Source: Euryarchaeota archaeon UBA256 (GTDB lineage: Archaea > Thermoplasmatota > Poseidoniia > Poseidoniales > Poseidoniaceae). Taken from it: a stretch of DNA of 64,000 bases. The stretch is taken from assembly GCA_002494645.1 (NCBI GenBank), contig DACE01000029.1, positions 3,976-67,975 on the forward strand. The letters are read 5' to 3'. Below are positions 56,780 to 64,000 of the stretch, piece by piece; position 1 is the first letter of the stretch; each line of letters begins with the position of its first letter. Position numbers and translations under genes: made by a program. The notes beneath the pieces are model-generated. The model had not been told where the DNA came from. It searched no databases and saw only the letters and a list, made by a program, of their open reading frames with translations.

Positions 56780-56802
56780 GAGGTCGTCGACTACACACAC
56801 TC

Positions 56803-57963
56803 ATGGACAACCTACCGAAGACTTGGGATGACTGGATTGAGAACTTCAAAGCCTGGCAAGACAATGTCGGCTACAAGCGTGAATGGATGGGCGATTTCGA
56901 TCTTTCCATCCAGTTTGATTGGGAGCGAGCCGGAGAACAGATTGAATTCGGAGACTACACCGGCCGAGCCAAGTGGGAACGCTCGCTACAGGTACCTCAT
57001 CAAAGCATGCGAGATGCCCTCGTCAGCATGATCACCGTCCAAGGTGATACCGAATTCGCCTCCGTTGAACAGCAACGCCACCTCTTGGCCACAGCTCCAA
57101 CAGATTACGACCGCTACGCTGCAGCACGCATCATGGCAGAAGAACAGCGCCATGGATGGCAAATGGCCTACCTCCTCATGACCTATTTCGGCCAACAAGG
57201 ACGACGTGAAGCACAAAAACTCCTCGAGCGTAACGCTCAGGACGGCGACCGACTTCTCGGTGCTTTCAACCGACCCATGCCGCACTGGCTTGATTTCTTC
57301 TGCTACACGATGTTCGTCGACCGAGACGGTAAATTCCAACTTGGTATGCTCTCAACCTCTGCCTTCAAACCGCTTGCTGCAAGTATGGGGCCCATGCTCA
57401 AGGAAGAATCCTTCCACCTCGGCACGGGGTCGAACGGATTGCGCCGAATCATCAAGGCTGGCGTCATCCCGCTGGATATGCTTCAACGCTACATCAACAA
57501 GTGGGTCTCAACGGCGCACGATCTCTTCGGCGTTGACGAATCCTCATCGGCTCACTGGGCATATGTTTGGGGAGTCAAAGGACGCTGGGACGAACGCAAG
57601 AAGCTGGAGGCTGGCCTTGAAGTTTCAAAAGAAACGCTCAACGAAGAAGCACGACAGCACTATCACGACGAAATTGTACTCGAAGTGGAGAAACTCAACG
57701 GCTACCTCCCTGAAGGTGCGGCAAAGTTGTACGTTCCTCATGAGAACTTCCACCGGGAAATTGGCCACTTCAAGCGACAGCGTATGACCGTAGAAGGCGT
57801 GGCTTTCGAGGGTGATGATGCTGCGTGGGAGAATTACATGCACGACCACTTCCCTACGGCTCAAGACGAAGAAGACCTCAAGGGATTATTCGAACAGCAA
57901 TGGGTGGCTGAAAAGCCAATGACTGCTCGCCAGATTGCTTCTGGAATTGGTGCGAGCGCCTGA
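56803..57963 (+). CDS. boxB: Benzoyl-CoA 2,3-epoxidase BoxB-like di-iron oxygenase (PaaA/PaaC superfamily)
   Basis: QGDTEFASVEQQRHL, TAPTDYD, EEQRH, RLLGAFN, DRDGKFQL and EESFH (two EExxH-type iron motifs). Confidence 0.8.
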   Translation: MDNLPKTWDDWIENFKAWQDNVGYKREWMGDFDLSIQFDWERAGEQIEFGDYTGRAKWERSLQVPHQSMRDALVSMITVQGDTEFASVEQQRHLLATAPTDYDRYAAARIMAEEQRHGWQMAYLLMTYFGQQGRREAQKLLERNAQDGDRLLGAFNRPMPHWLDFFCYTMFVDRDGKFQLGMLSTSAFKPLAASMGPMLKEESFHLGTGSNGLRRIIKAGVIPLDMLQRYINKWVSTAHDLFGVDESSSAHWAYVWGVKGRWDERKKLEAGLEVSKETLNEEARQHYHDEIVLEVEKLNGYLPEGAAKLYVPHENFHREIGHFKRQRMTVEGVAFEGDDAAWENYMHDHFPTAQDEEDLKGLFEQQWVAEKPMTARQIASGIGASA

Positions 57964-57985
57964 TCTTCAATCGGGTTGGTTTGTG

Positions 57986-58522
57986 ATGATTCCAGTTGCT
58001 CTTTACGGCGTGGACGCTGCCATGTGCGAACGCTTCTACGAAGCTCTTCCGCAGCTGGTGAATGATGCGTATGAAGACGAAGCATACATCGAGTCACTCT
58101 ACGCCATCGAAAAGGAACACTCCATCGACCACGTTCGAATTGCTGACATCTGGTCGCAGCGTGCTCCTTTCGCATGGCCAGAAGATGTCGTCAACGAGGT
58201 AGAAATGGTTCTCCGAACCACCAATTATCCGGATGTTGCCTTGCTTGAACACCTCATGACTCTGGATGATGTAGACGCTCAACGAATTTCAGAGTGGATG
58301 CACTTTTCGACGAACCGCTTTCCAATTTATTCTCAAAAAGCATGTGAAACCCTCTGCCGTATGGGGTTGGAAACACCCTACAGACCCATGGACATCGCCA
58401 GCTACGGCCTTTATGTGAGCAGAATTGAAGGTCTTAAACTCCACGCACCCGCTGCTGGACTTCCCGAAATCGGGCTCCCCCGAACACGGATGTTGCAGTT
58501 GGGCTTGGAGCGGTTTGAATGA
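57986..58522 (+). CDS. Hypothetical protein
   Basis: Intact ORF within the operon; its stop overlaps the ATG of the DMT gene. Confidence 0.6.
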   Translation: MIPVALYGVDAAMCERFYEALPQLVNDAYEDEAYIESLYAIEKEHSIDHVRIADIWSQRAPFAWPEDVVNEVEMVLRTTNYPDVALLEHLMTLDDVDAQRISEWMHFSTNRFPIYSQKACETLCRMGLETPYRPMDIASYGLYVSRIEGLKLHAPAAGLPEIGLPRTRMLQLGLERFE

Positions 58523-59442
58523 AACATGCAAGCCTTCACTTCAAACTCATCTTGGTCGCAGCCATTTGGGGTTTGGGTTGGCCAGCAGGACGCGTCGTTG
58601 CGGCTGATGTACCCCCCATTACCGCTGCATGGATTCGCTACGTCATGGTGGTCGTTCTCTTTCTCGCTTATCTCCAATGGTCAAAGCAATGGGTCTTACC
58701 CTCTCGATTGCAATGGCGTCAAATCACTTGGATCGGTTTTTTCTCAACCTTTCTCTATCAGGTGCTTTTCATGTACGGAATGGGCTACACCGCAGCAGGT
58801 GATGCTTCTCTCATGATTACATTTAACCCACTTTTCACTGCAGTTCTCGCGGTGTTTTTCCTCAATGAAGCCATGACTCGGCGACTGCTTGGAGGGCTGT
58901 TGATGGCATTGGCTGGCGTGGCTATTCTCTTTTTGGCATCACCCAACACAGATATTCCCTCGGTTGACCGATGGATTGGAAACGCTTTCATCGCTGGTGC
59001 AGCCCTGGCTTGGGCAAGTTCGACTATTCTCATGAAAAAGGTCATGACCACAATCCCTGATGATGCAAAAGCTCCACTCAGTCCACTCCATCTCACCGTC
59101 TGGTCGTCCGTGATAGGATTCCTCATTCTCACACCCTGGGCTGGTTACGAAACATACACCCTTGGATTTGATTCACCAAGCCAAGAAGCGTGGTTAGGCA
59201 TCGTCTTCCTTGCCATGTTTTCTACGGTTCTCGCCTACGTATGGTTTGCCGATGGCATTCACACGATTGGAGCAGGAAAGGCTGCCTTCTACGTTTACTT
59301 GGTACCTCCTTTCGGAATTCTGGGCGGTTGGCTTCTGCTGCACGAGCAACTCGGACCCTCACTCCTTTTGGCATTCGCCCTCATCGTGGGCGGCGTCATG
59401 TTAGCTCAAGGAAACAACAATCGTGGCGAGCAAGCATCATGA
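58519..59442 (+). CDS. DMT/EamA-family transporter
   Basis: About 10 TM helices in two EamA repeats; IWGLGW, YTAAGDASL and FNPLFT. Confidence 0.9.
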   Translation: MKHASLHFKLILVAAIWGLGWPAGRVVAADVPPITAAWIRYVMVVVLFLAYLQWSKQWVLPSRLQWRQITWIGFFSTFLYQVLFMYGMGYTAAGDASLMITFNPLFTAVLAVFFLNEAMTRRLLGGLLMALAGVAILFLASPNTDIPSVDRWIGNAFIAGAALAWASSTILMKKVMTTIPDDAKAPLSPLHLTVWSSVIGFLILTPWAGYETYTLGFDSPSQEAWLGIVFLAMFSTVLAYVWFADGIHTIGAGKAAFYVYLVPPFGILGGWLLLHEQLGPSLLLAFALIVGGVMLAQGNNNRGEQAS

Positions 59443-59464
59443 AGGTGGAGAACCTCGCAGAAAC

Positions 59465-60361
59465 ATGGCGATTGAACGCGTTGCAGTTATTGGCGCTGGC
59501 ACGATGGGGGCAGGGATTGCTCAGGTCTGCGCGCAGGCAGGATGGGCGACACGGCTCTACGATGCATTCCCGGAAGGATTGGAGCGGGGCATGCAACGCA
59601 TTGATGCGTTCTGGGACAAAGGCATCGCCCGAGGAAAAACAACCCCTGAACAAAAAACCGAATGGAGTTCAAACTTAGAGGCTGTGAACGACCTTGAACA
59701 GGCGGTAAGTGATGCGGACCTGGTGATTGAAGCAGTACCTGAAATTCCCGACCTTAAGCACTCGATTTTCGCTCAACTTGACAAGCTCGCTCCCAGCCAT
59801 GCGGTGCTTGGGACCAATACATCCTCTCTTTCAATCGCCGATATCGCAGCCGCAACCTCACGACCTGAGCGTGTGGTTGGTATGCATTTCTTCAATCCTG
59901 TCCCTATTATGAAATTGCTTGAACTGGTTCGTCATGACACCACGGATGAAGCCACCATTGCCCTCGCAGAGGAAGCCGGTCGTCGGATGGGGAAAACTAC
60001 GATTTTGGTGAAAGACATCCCAGGTTTCGCAACCAGCCGCCTCGGTGTCGTATTGGGCAATGAAGCCATTCGCATGCTGGCTGATGGCGTGGCCAGTGCG
60101 AAGGACATCGACACCGCCATGGTATTGGGCTACAAACATCCGATGGGGCCCTTGGCCCTCACGGATTTGGTTGGCTTGGATGTGCGACGTGATATTTTGA
60201 GGAATTTGCAATCTTCCTTTCAAGATGACGCCTACGCACCGCACCCTCTCTTAGAGCGTCTGGTTGAGGAGGGAAGACTCGGGAAAAAAACCGGCAAGGG
60301 AATCTATGACTGGTCCAGTGGGGAAGCGGAAGAGACTTCTTTTGAAGAATCAACCCCATAG
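59465..60361 (+). CDS. 3-hydroxyacyl-CoA dehydrogenase (PaaH/Hbd-like)
   Basis: GAGTMGAGIA, IEAVPE, NTSSL, GMHFFNP, PMGPL..D.VGLD and LGKKTGKG. Confidence 0.93.
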   Translation: MAIERVAVIGAGTMGAGIAQVCAQAGWATRLYDAFPEGLERGMQRIDAFWDKGIARGKTTPEQKTEWSSNLEAVNDLEQAVSDADLVIEAVPEIPDLKHSIFAQLDKLAPSHAVLGTNTSSLSIADIAAATSRPERVVGMHFFNPVPIMKLLELVRHDTTDEATIALAEEAGRRMGKTTILVKDIPGFATSRLGVVLGNEAIRMLADGVASAKDIDTAMVLGYKHPMGPLALTDLVGLDVRRDILRNLQSSFQDDAYAPHPLLERLVEEGRLGKKTGKGIYDWSSGEAEETSFEESTP

Positions 60362-60391
60362 TGTCAAAAGGTTCCAAGCAACAGACAAACT

Positions 60392-61198
60392 ATGCAAGAC
60401 CAAAGCATGTGGCCGCAAAATGCCGGTCAAACAACAATACAGGTCAGCCCTGGAACATCTTCTTCTGGTTTCACCGTAGCCAACCCGAGTAAAGGGCCGA
60501 AAGTCCCGATGATTATCGCAGCAGTTCTGGTGGCCATTGGACTGGTCGGATTTTTGATTGGAGCGATTGTAGGTGCCTCAATTGAGGATGCGTTCAATGA
60601 TCTCTCTACGAAAGACTACACTCGTGTTATCGGTGAAAACGGGACCCTTCAGTATGATGACCCAGACAATATGGGTGAAGAGGGATGGTACCTTCTCATT
60701 GAGGGAGACCCGAGGGCTGATTCTGACGGCAACGGACAAGCCGATGCTTGCGATGGTCTCAACTTCAGCATCACATGGGACGACGACGCTACGTCAAATG
60801 AGAGCGGCAATGACATTGATACTCAAATCGCTCGTTTTGACTGTGACATCCGAGGTGATAACAGCGATGAAGAATATTTTGATATCGAAGACCATATTAT
60901 CATCGCACGTATTTGTTACACTATGGCTGACGAGTTTGGCGACAAGGAGCACACATGCTTCAGTGGAGGTGAAATCCATATCAGTAACGACGGTGGCGTA
61001 AACATGTCCGTTGTTGACCTCGACAAAATGTACGAACCCTTCATAGAGGATCTCATAGGAATCGGGCTAGTTTCAGGTGGCTCCTTCTTTGCAGGGTGTT
61101 GCTCAATCTGCGGTGGAATCGTAGCGCTCTTCGTCGGCTTGATGCGTGTTGGTGGAAAGAAATCCCCCGAACAAAACATCCAATTTCAAGTCCAGTAA
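60392..61198 (+). CDS. Hypothetical two-TM membrane protein with an acidic, Cys-containing external domain
   Basis: TM helices near both termini; DSDGNG Ca-binding-like loop. Confidence 0.65.
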   Translation: MQDQSMWPQNAGQTTIQVSPGTSSSGFTVANPSKGPKVPMIIAAVLVAIGLVGFLIGAIVGASIEDAFNDLSTKDYTRVIGENGTLQYDDPDNMGEEGWYLLIEGDPRADSDGNGQADACDGLNFSITWDDDATSNESGNDIDTQIARFDCDIRGDNSDEEYFDIEDHIIIARICYTMADEFGDKEHTCFSGGEIHISNDGGVNMSVVDLDKMYEPFIEDLIGIGLVSGGSFFAGCCSICGGIVALFVGLMRVGGKKSPEQNIQFQVQ

Positions 61199-61978
61199 TC
61201 ACTCAAACTGAGGCTCACGTTTCTCAAGAAAGGCCTTGACTCCTTCTTTGAAGGCCTCCGTGGTTCCCGCCGCTTCAATGAGCGTCCGTTCATGATCGAG
61301 ATGGGTGCTAAAATCATGATTTGTCTGAACATGGAGAAGATGCTTTGTCGCTTCTTTGGTGTGGGCGCCCCAGGACGACCACATTCTTGCCCAGGCAATC
61401 GCAGTAGGCATGAGTTCATTTTGAGGTACGATCGTATCGATGGCGCCATGTTCATGTGCCTCTTGTCCAGTCCAAATTTGGTTGCCTAAGAAGAAACGAC
61501 GGGCAACTTGTTCACCAACATAACGTGGTAAGAGCCAGGTCGTGCCTCCGTCCGGAGAGAGACCCATTCCAGCATAGGAGGCAGCCATTCGTGCCTGAGG
61601 TGTTCCAATACGTGCGTCGCATGCCAACGCCAAACCGAGGCCCCCTCCGGCAGAAACGCCATTGAGTGCGGCGATTACAACGGTCGCTGATGTTCGAATA
61701 CGAACGATGAGTGGATGTAAAATACCCGTCAACTTTCGGATTAATTGTGGTGCATCGCCTTCATCAATGGAACGTTGAAAGGCGTTAATGTCGGCACCTG
61801 CAGAGAAAAAACGACCCTCTCCGGTTAACACGATGGCCTTCGTACTCTGGTCGTTTAAACCATCATTGATCGCCTCAGCGATGCGTGGAAGGAATTCCAT
61901 CGAGAAGGATTGTGTCGATGCTTGACCGGCCATGGTAATGATGCGAATTTGGTCGTTTTGTTCAACTTCAATCGCCAT
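61199..61978 (-). CDS. Enoyl-CoA hydratase/isomerase (PaaG-like)
   Basis: FSAGADI, AGGGLGLALACD and GLSPDGG (Asp-type isomerase; lacks the hydratase Glu pair). Confidence 0.85.
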   Translation of the reverse strand: MAIEVEQNDQIRIITMAGQASTQSFSMEFLPRIAEAINDGLNDQSTKAIVLTGEGRFFSAGADINAFQRSIDEGDAPQLIRKLTGILHPLIVRIRTSATVVIAALNGVSAGGGLGLALACDARIGTPQARMAASYAGMGLSPDGGTTWLLPRYVGEQVARRFFLGNQIWTGQEAHEHGAIDTIVPQNELMPTAIAWARMWSSWGAHTKEATKHLLHVQTNHDFSTHLDHERTLIEAAGTTEAFKEGVKAFLEKREPQFE

Positions 61979-61987
61979 GTTCTACCC

Positions 61988-63424
61988 TCACAACTTGACA
62001 TTGACGTTCTTCACCTTGGTGTAGAAACGAAGTGCATCTTGGCTCTGTTCAATACCAATGCCTGAATGCTTCCAACCCGTAAAGGCCGTTTGTGGGAATG
62101 TGATGGGATATTCATTGATGGAAACCATCCCACATTCCAAATCACGAGCAAAACGGTGTGCTCGTCCAAGGTCGTTGGTCCATACGCCGTTGAGCAAACC
62201 AAAGGGTGTGTCGTTGGCGAGAGCAAGTGCTTCTTCATCGCTGGAGAAGGAGGTGACACCCAAGACTGGACCGAAGAGTTCGTCTTGGAAGAGCAGATGA
62301 GATGATTCAACTCCAGTCACGACCGTGGCTTCCATGAAAGCGCCATCACGGTCAAGAGCATTCCCCCCAAGCACAACGGTTCCGCCTTGCTTCAATCCTG
62401 TTTCCAACTTCTCGAGAACCTCGCTTCGATGGCGTTGGTGGACAAGGCTTCCCATACGTACGCCTTCCTCCATGCCCGGACCAACCGGCCACTTGCTGAC
62501 TTCATCACAAACAGCCTGGACCAGGTCATCGTGAACGTCTTCGTGGACCAGTAATCGGGAGCCAGCCCAACACATCTGACCTGCATTCATGAAGATGCCA
62601 AAGCAGATGGCTTTCGCAGCATAGCGAAGATTGGCGTCGGAAAAGACAATGTTTGCTCCCTTTCCGCCCAGTTCAAGAGTGACGGGCGTCAGTTGTTCAC
62701 TGGCCTTTGCCATCACTGTTTTTCCAGTCGGCACGCCGCCGGTAAGGACGATGCCGTCAACGCCACTATGGCCAGCAAGAGCGTCTCCAGCCAGTGAACC
62801 TGAGCCGGTCAACACTTGGAGAACTGCATGAGGTAAACCCGTTTCGGCCTCATCGATGGCTTTGGCCCAAGCAAGAAGAGAGAGGGGCGTCCATGATGCT
62901 GGTTTGGCAATCACGGTACATCCTGCTGCGAGTGCAGGAGCAATCGAACGAAGTGCCAACTGGAGCGGGAAGTTCCACGGAATAATGTGAGCGGTGACAC
63001 CAAGAGGTTGACGAAGGGTGTAATTCAAGCGAGAGCCAGGAACGGGGATCGTACTTCCTTCGATTTTATCTGCGAGTCCTGCAAAGTACTCGAAGGTCCA
63101 CGCACCGTATCGGATTTCTGAAAGAGCTTCACGGAAGGTCTTGCCGTTATTGGCCGATTCCAAAGCAGCGAGTTCCTTTGCTTTGGCGTAGGTGACTGCA
63201 GCCATCTTGTTGAGGATGCGTCCGCGTTGGGCGGGGTCCATTAACTTCCAATCTTTTGATTCAAACGCAGTTCGTGAAGCATCTACACAACGGTTCACAT
63301 CATCGACGGTCGCTTTGGGAACGGTGGCGAGAACCTCCCCGTTAGCTGGGTTCAATGCATCGCTTTTTGCGCCATCTGAGGAAGCGCACCATTCTCCTGC
63401 AATCCACATCTTTTCTTCGGCCAT
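61988..63424 (-). CDS. NAD(P)-dependent aldehyde dehydrogenase
   Basis: IPWNFP, KP, TLELGGK, NAGQMCWAGSR and ELFGPV. Confidence 0.95.
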   Translation of the reverse strand: MAEEKMWIAGEWCASSDGAKSDALNPANGEVLATVPKATVDDVNRCVDASRTAFESKDWKLMDPAQRGRILNKMAAVTYAKAKELAALESANNGKTFREALSEIRYGAWTFEYFAGLADKIEGSTIPVPGSRLNYTLRQPLGVTAHIIPWNFPLQLALRSIAPALAAGCTVIAKPASWTPLSLLAWAKAIDEAETGLPHAVLQVLTGSGSLAGDALAGHSGVDGIVLTGGVPTGKTVMAKASEQLTPVTLELGGKGANIVFSDANLRYAAKAICFGIFMNAGQMCWAGSRLLVHEDVHDDLVQAVCDEVSKWPVGPGMEEGVRMGSLVHQRHRSEVLEKLETGLKQGGTVVLGGNALDRDGAFMEATVVTGVESSHLLFQDELFGPVLGVTSFSSDEEALALANDTPFGLLNGVWTNDLGRAHRFARDLECGMVSINEYPITFPQTAFTGWKHSGIGIEQSQDALRFYTKVKNVNVKL

Positions 63425-63538
63425 GGACGCTCCAAGCAATGGCGATTCAAAGCCGCATCGGTAAGGCCACCCCCTTTCTAAGAAGTGGTTTTGGAGTGGA
63501 GAGAGGGCAGAAGCCTCATGTGCTCGTGGACATTAGTC

Positions 63539-64000
63539 ATGGCCATGACACGGCGGGTCGGCCTTGCAGAATCAACGGCCAAGGCTCTCGTGACGCGTCC
63601 ACCACGCCTTCTTGTCATCGCAGGGGCTACTGGCGTTGGTAAATCAACGGCCTCTGTAGGCCTTGCATCCCGAGCTGGATTTACTCGCTTGATGTCCACA
63701 GATGCCATCCGTGAAATCATGCGGGTGAGTGACCCTGAACACCTGGATGCTGCCCTCCACCGTTCGTCCTTTTCCAAAGGAGCCAGCGGCCATCCGGTAC
63801 TGGACTGGCAGGAAACGTGCTTGTCTGTTGAGCCGGGCCTCTTGGCCACCATTGACCGTGCACGGCGGGAAGGAATCGATTTACTGATTGAAGGCGTTCA
63901 TGTGAACCCCAGTGCGAGGTTACTCAGAGCCTGGGAAGATGCTGGGGGAATTGCACTGGGCATCGTGATGGCGGTTGACGAGGAAAAGGCACACCGCTCA
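63539..64000 (+). CDS. 3'-truncated 2-phosphoglycerate-kinase-family P-loop kinase
   Basis: Absent from the ORF track because it has no stop inside the window. My translation gives LLVIAGATGVGKST, STDAIREIMR, LHRSSF and LLIEGVH. Confidence 0.8.
   Translation, partial: MAMTRRVGLAESTAKALVTRPPRLLVIAGATGVGKSTASVGLASRAGFTRLMSTDAIREIMRVSDPEHLDAALHRSSFSKGASGHPVLDWQETCLSVEPGLLATIDRARREGIDLLIEGVHVNPSARLLRAWEDAGGIALGIVMAVDEEKAHRS

Overview
This is a gene-dense archaeal genomic window. CarS, Cdc6/Orc1, a CoaD-DUF359 fusion, a SelB-like protein and giant C-terminally anchored surface proteins together point to Marine Group II Thermoplasmatota (Ca. Poseidoniales); that assignment is an inference from gene content. 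The main result is a three-gene operon (fabI, a 2936-aa type I synthase, an Sfp-type PPTase). It encodes every activity of a carrier-protein-dependent fatty-acid/polyketide elongation cycle in an archaeon. The synthase has an odd KS-AT-(dead ACP)-KS2-ACPx3-KR-DH layout, and all three intact ACPs carry Thr (GIDTV) where the phosphopantetheine Ser normally sits. A second result is an unannotated four-hairpin, kink-turn-containing H/ACA guide RNA at about 47465-47730 (-), whose pockets match 23S rRNA helix 69 and the peptidyl-transferase region. The window also holds a dispersed Box-type aerobic aromatic-CoA epoxidase pathway (boxB with regulator and operator, a half-size boxC, dehydrogenases), a highly divergent TBP paralogue, a giant S8 protease with Ca-binding repeats, and tRNA-Gly. 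No CRISPR array, rRNA gene, transposase or integrase was seen. All family calls come from motif recognition by eye, not from database searches.
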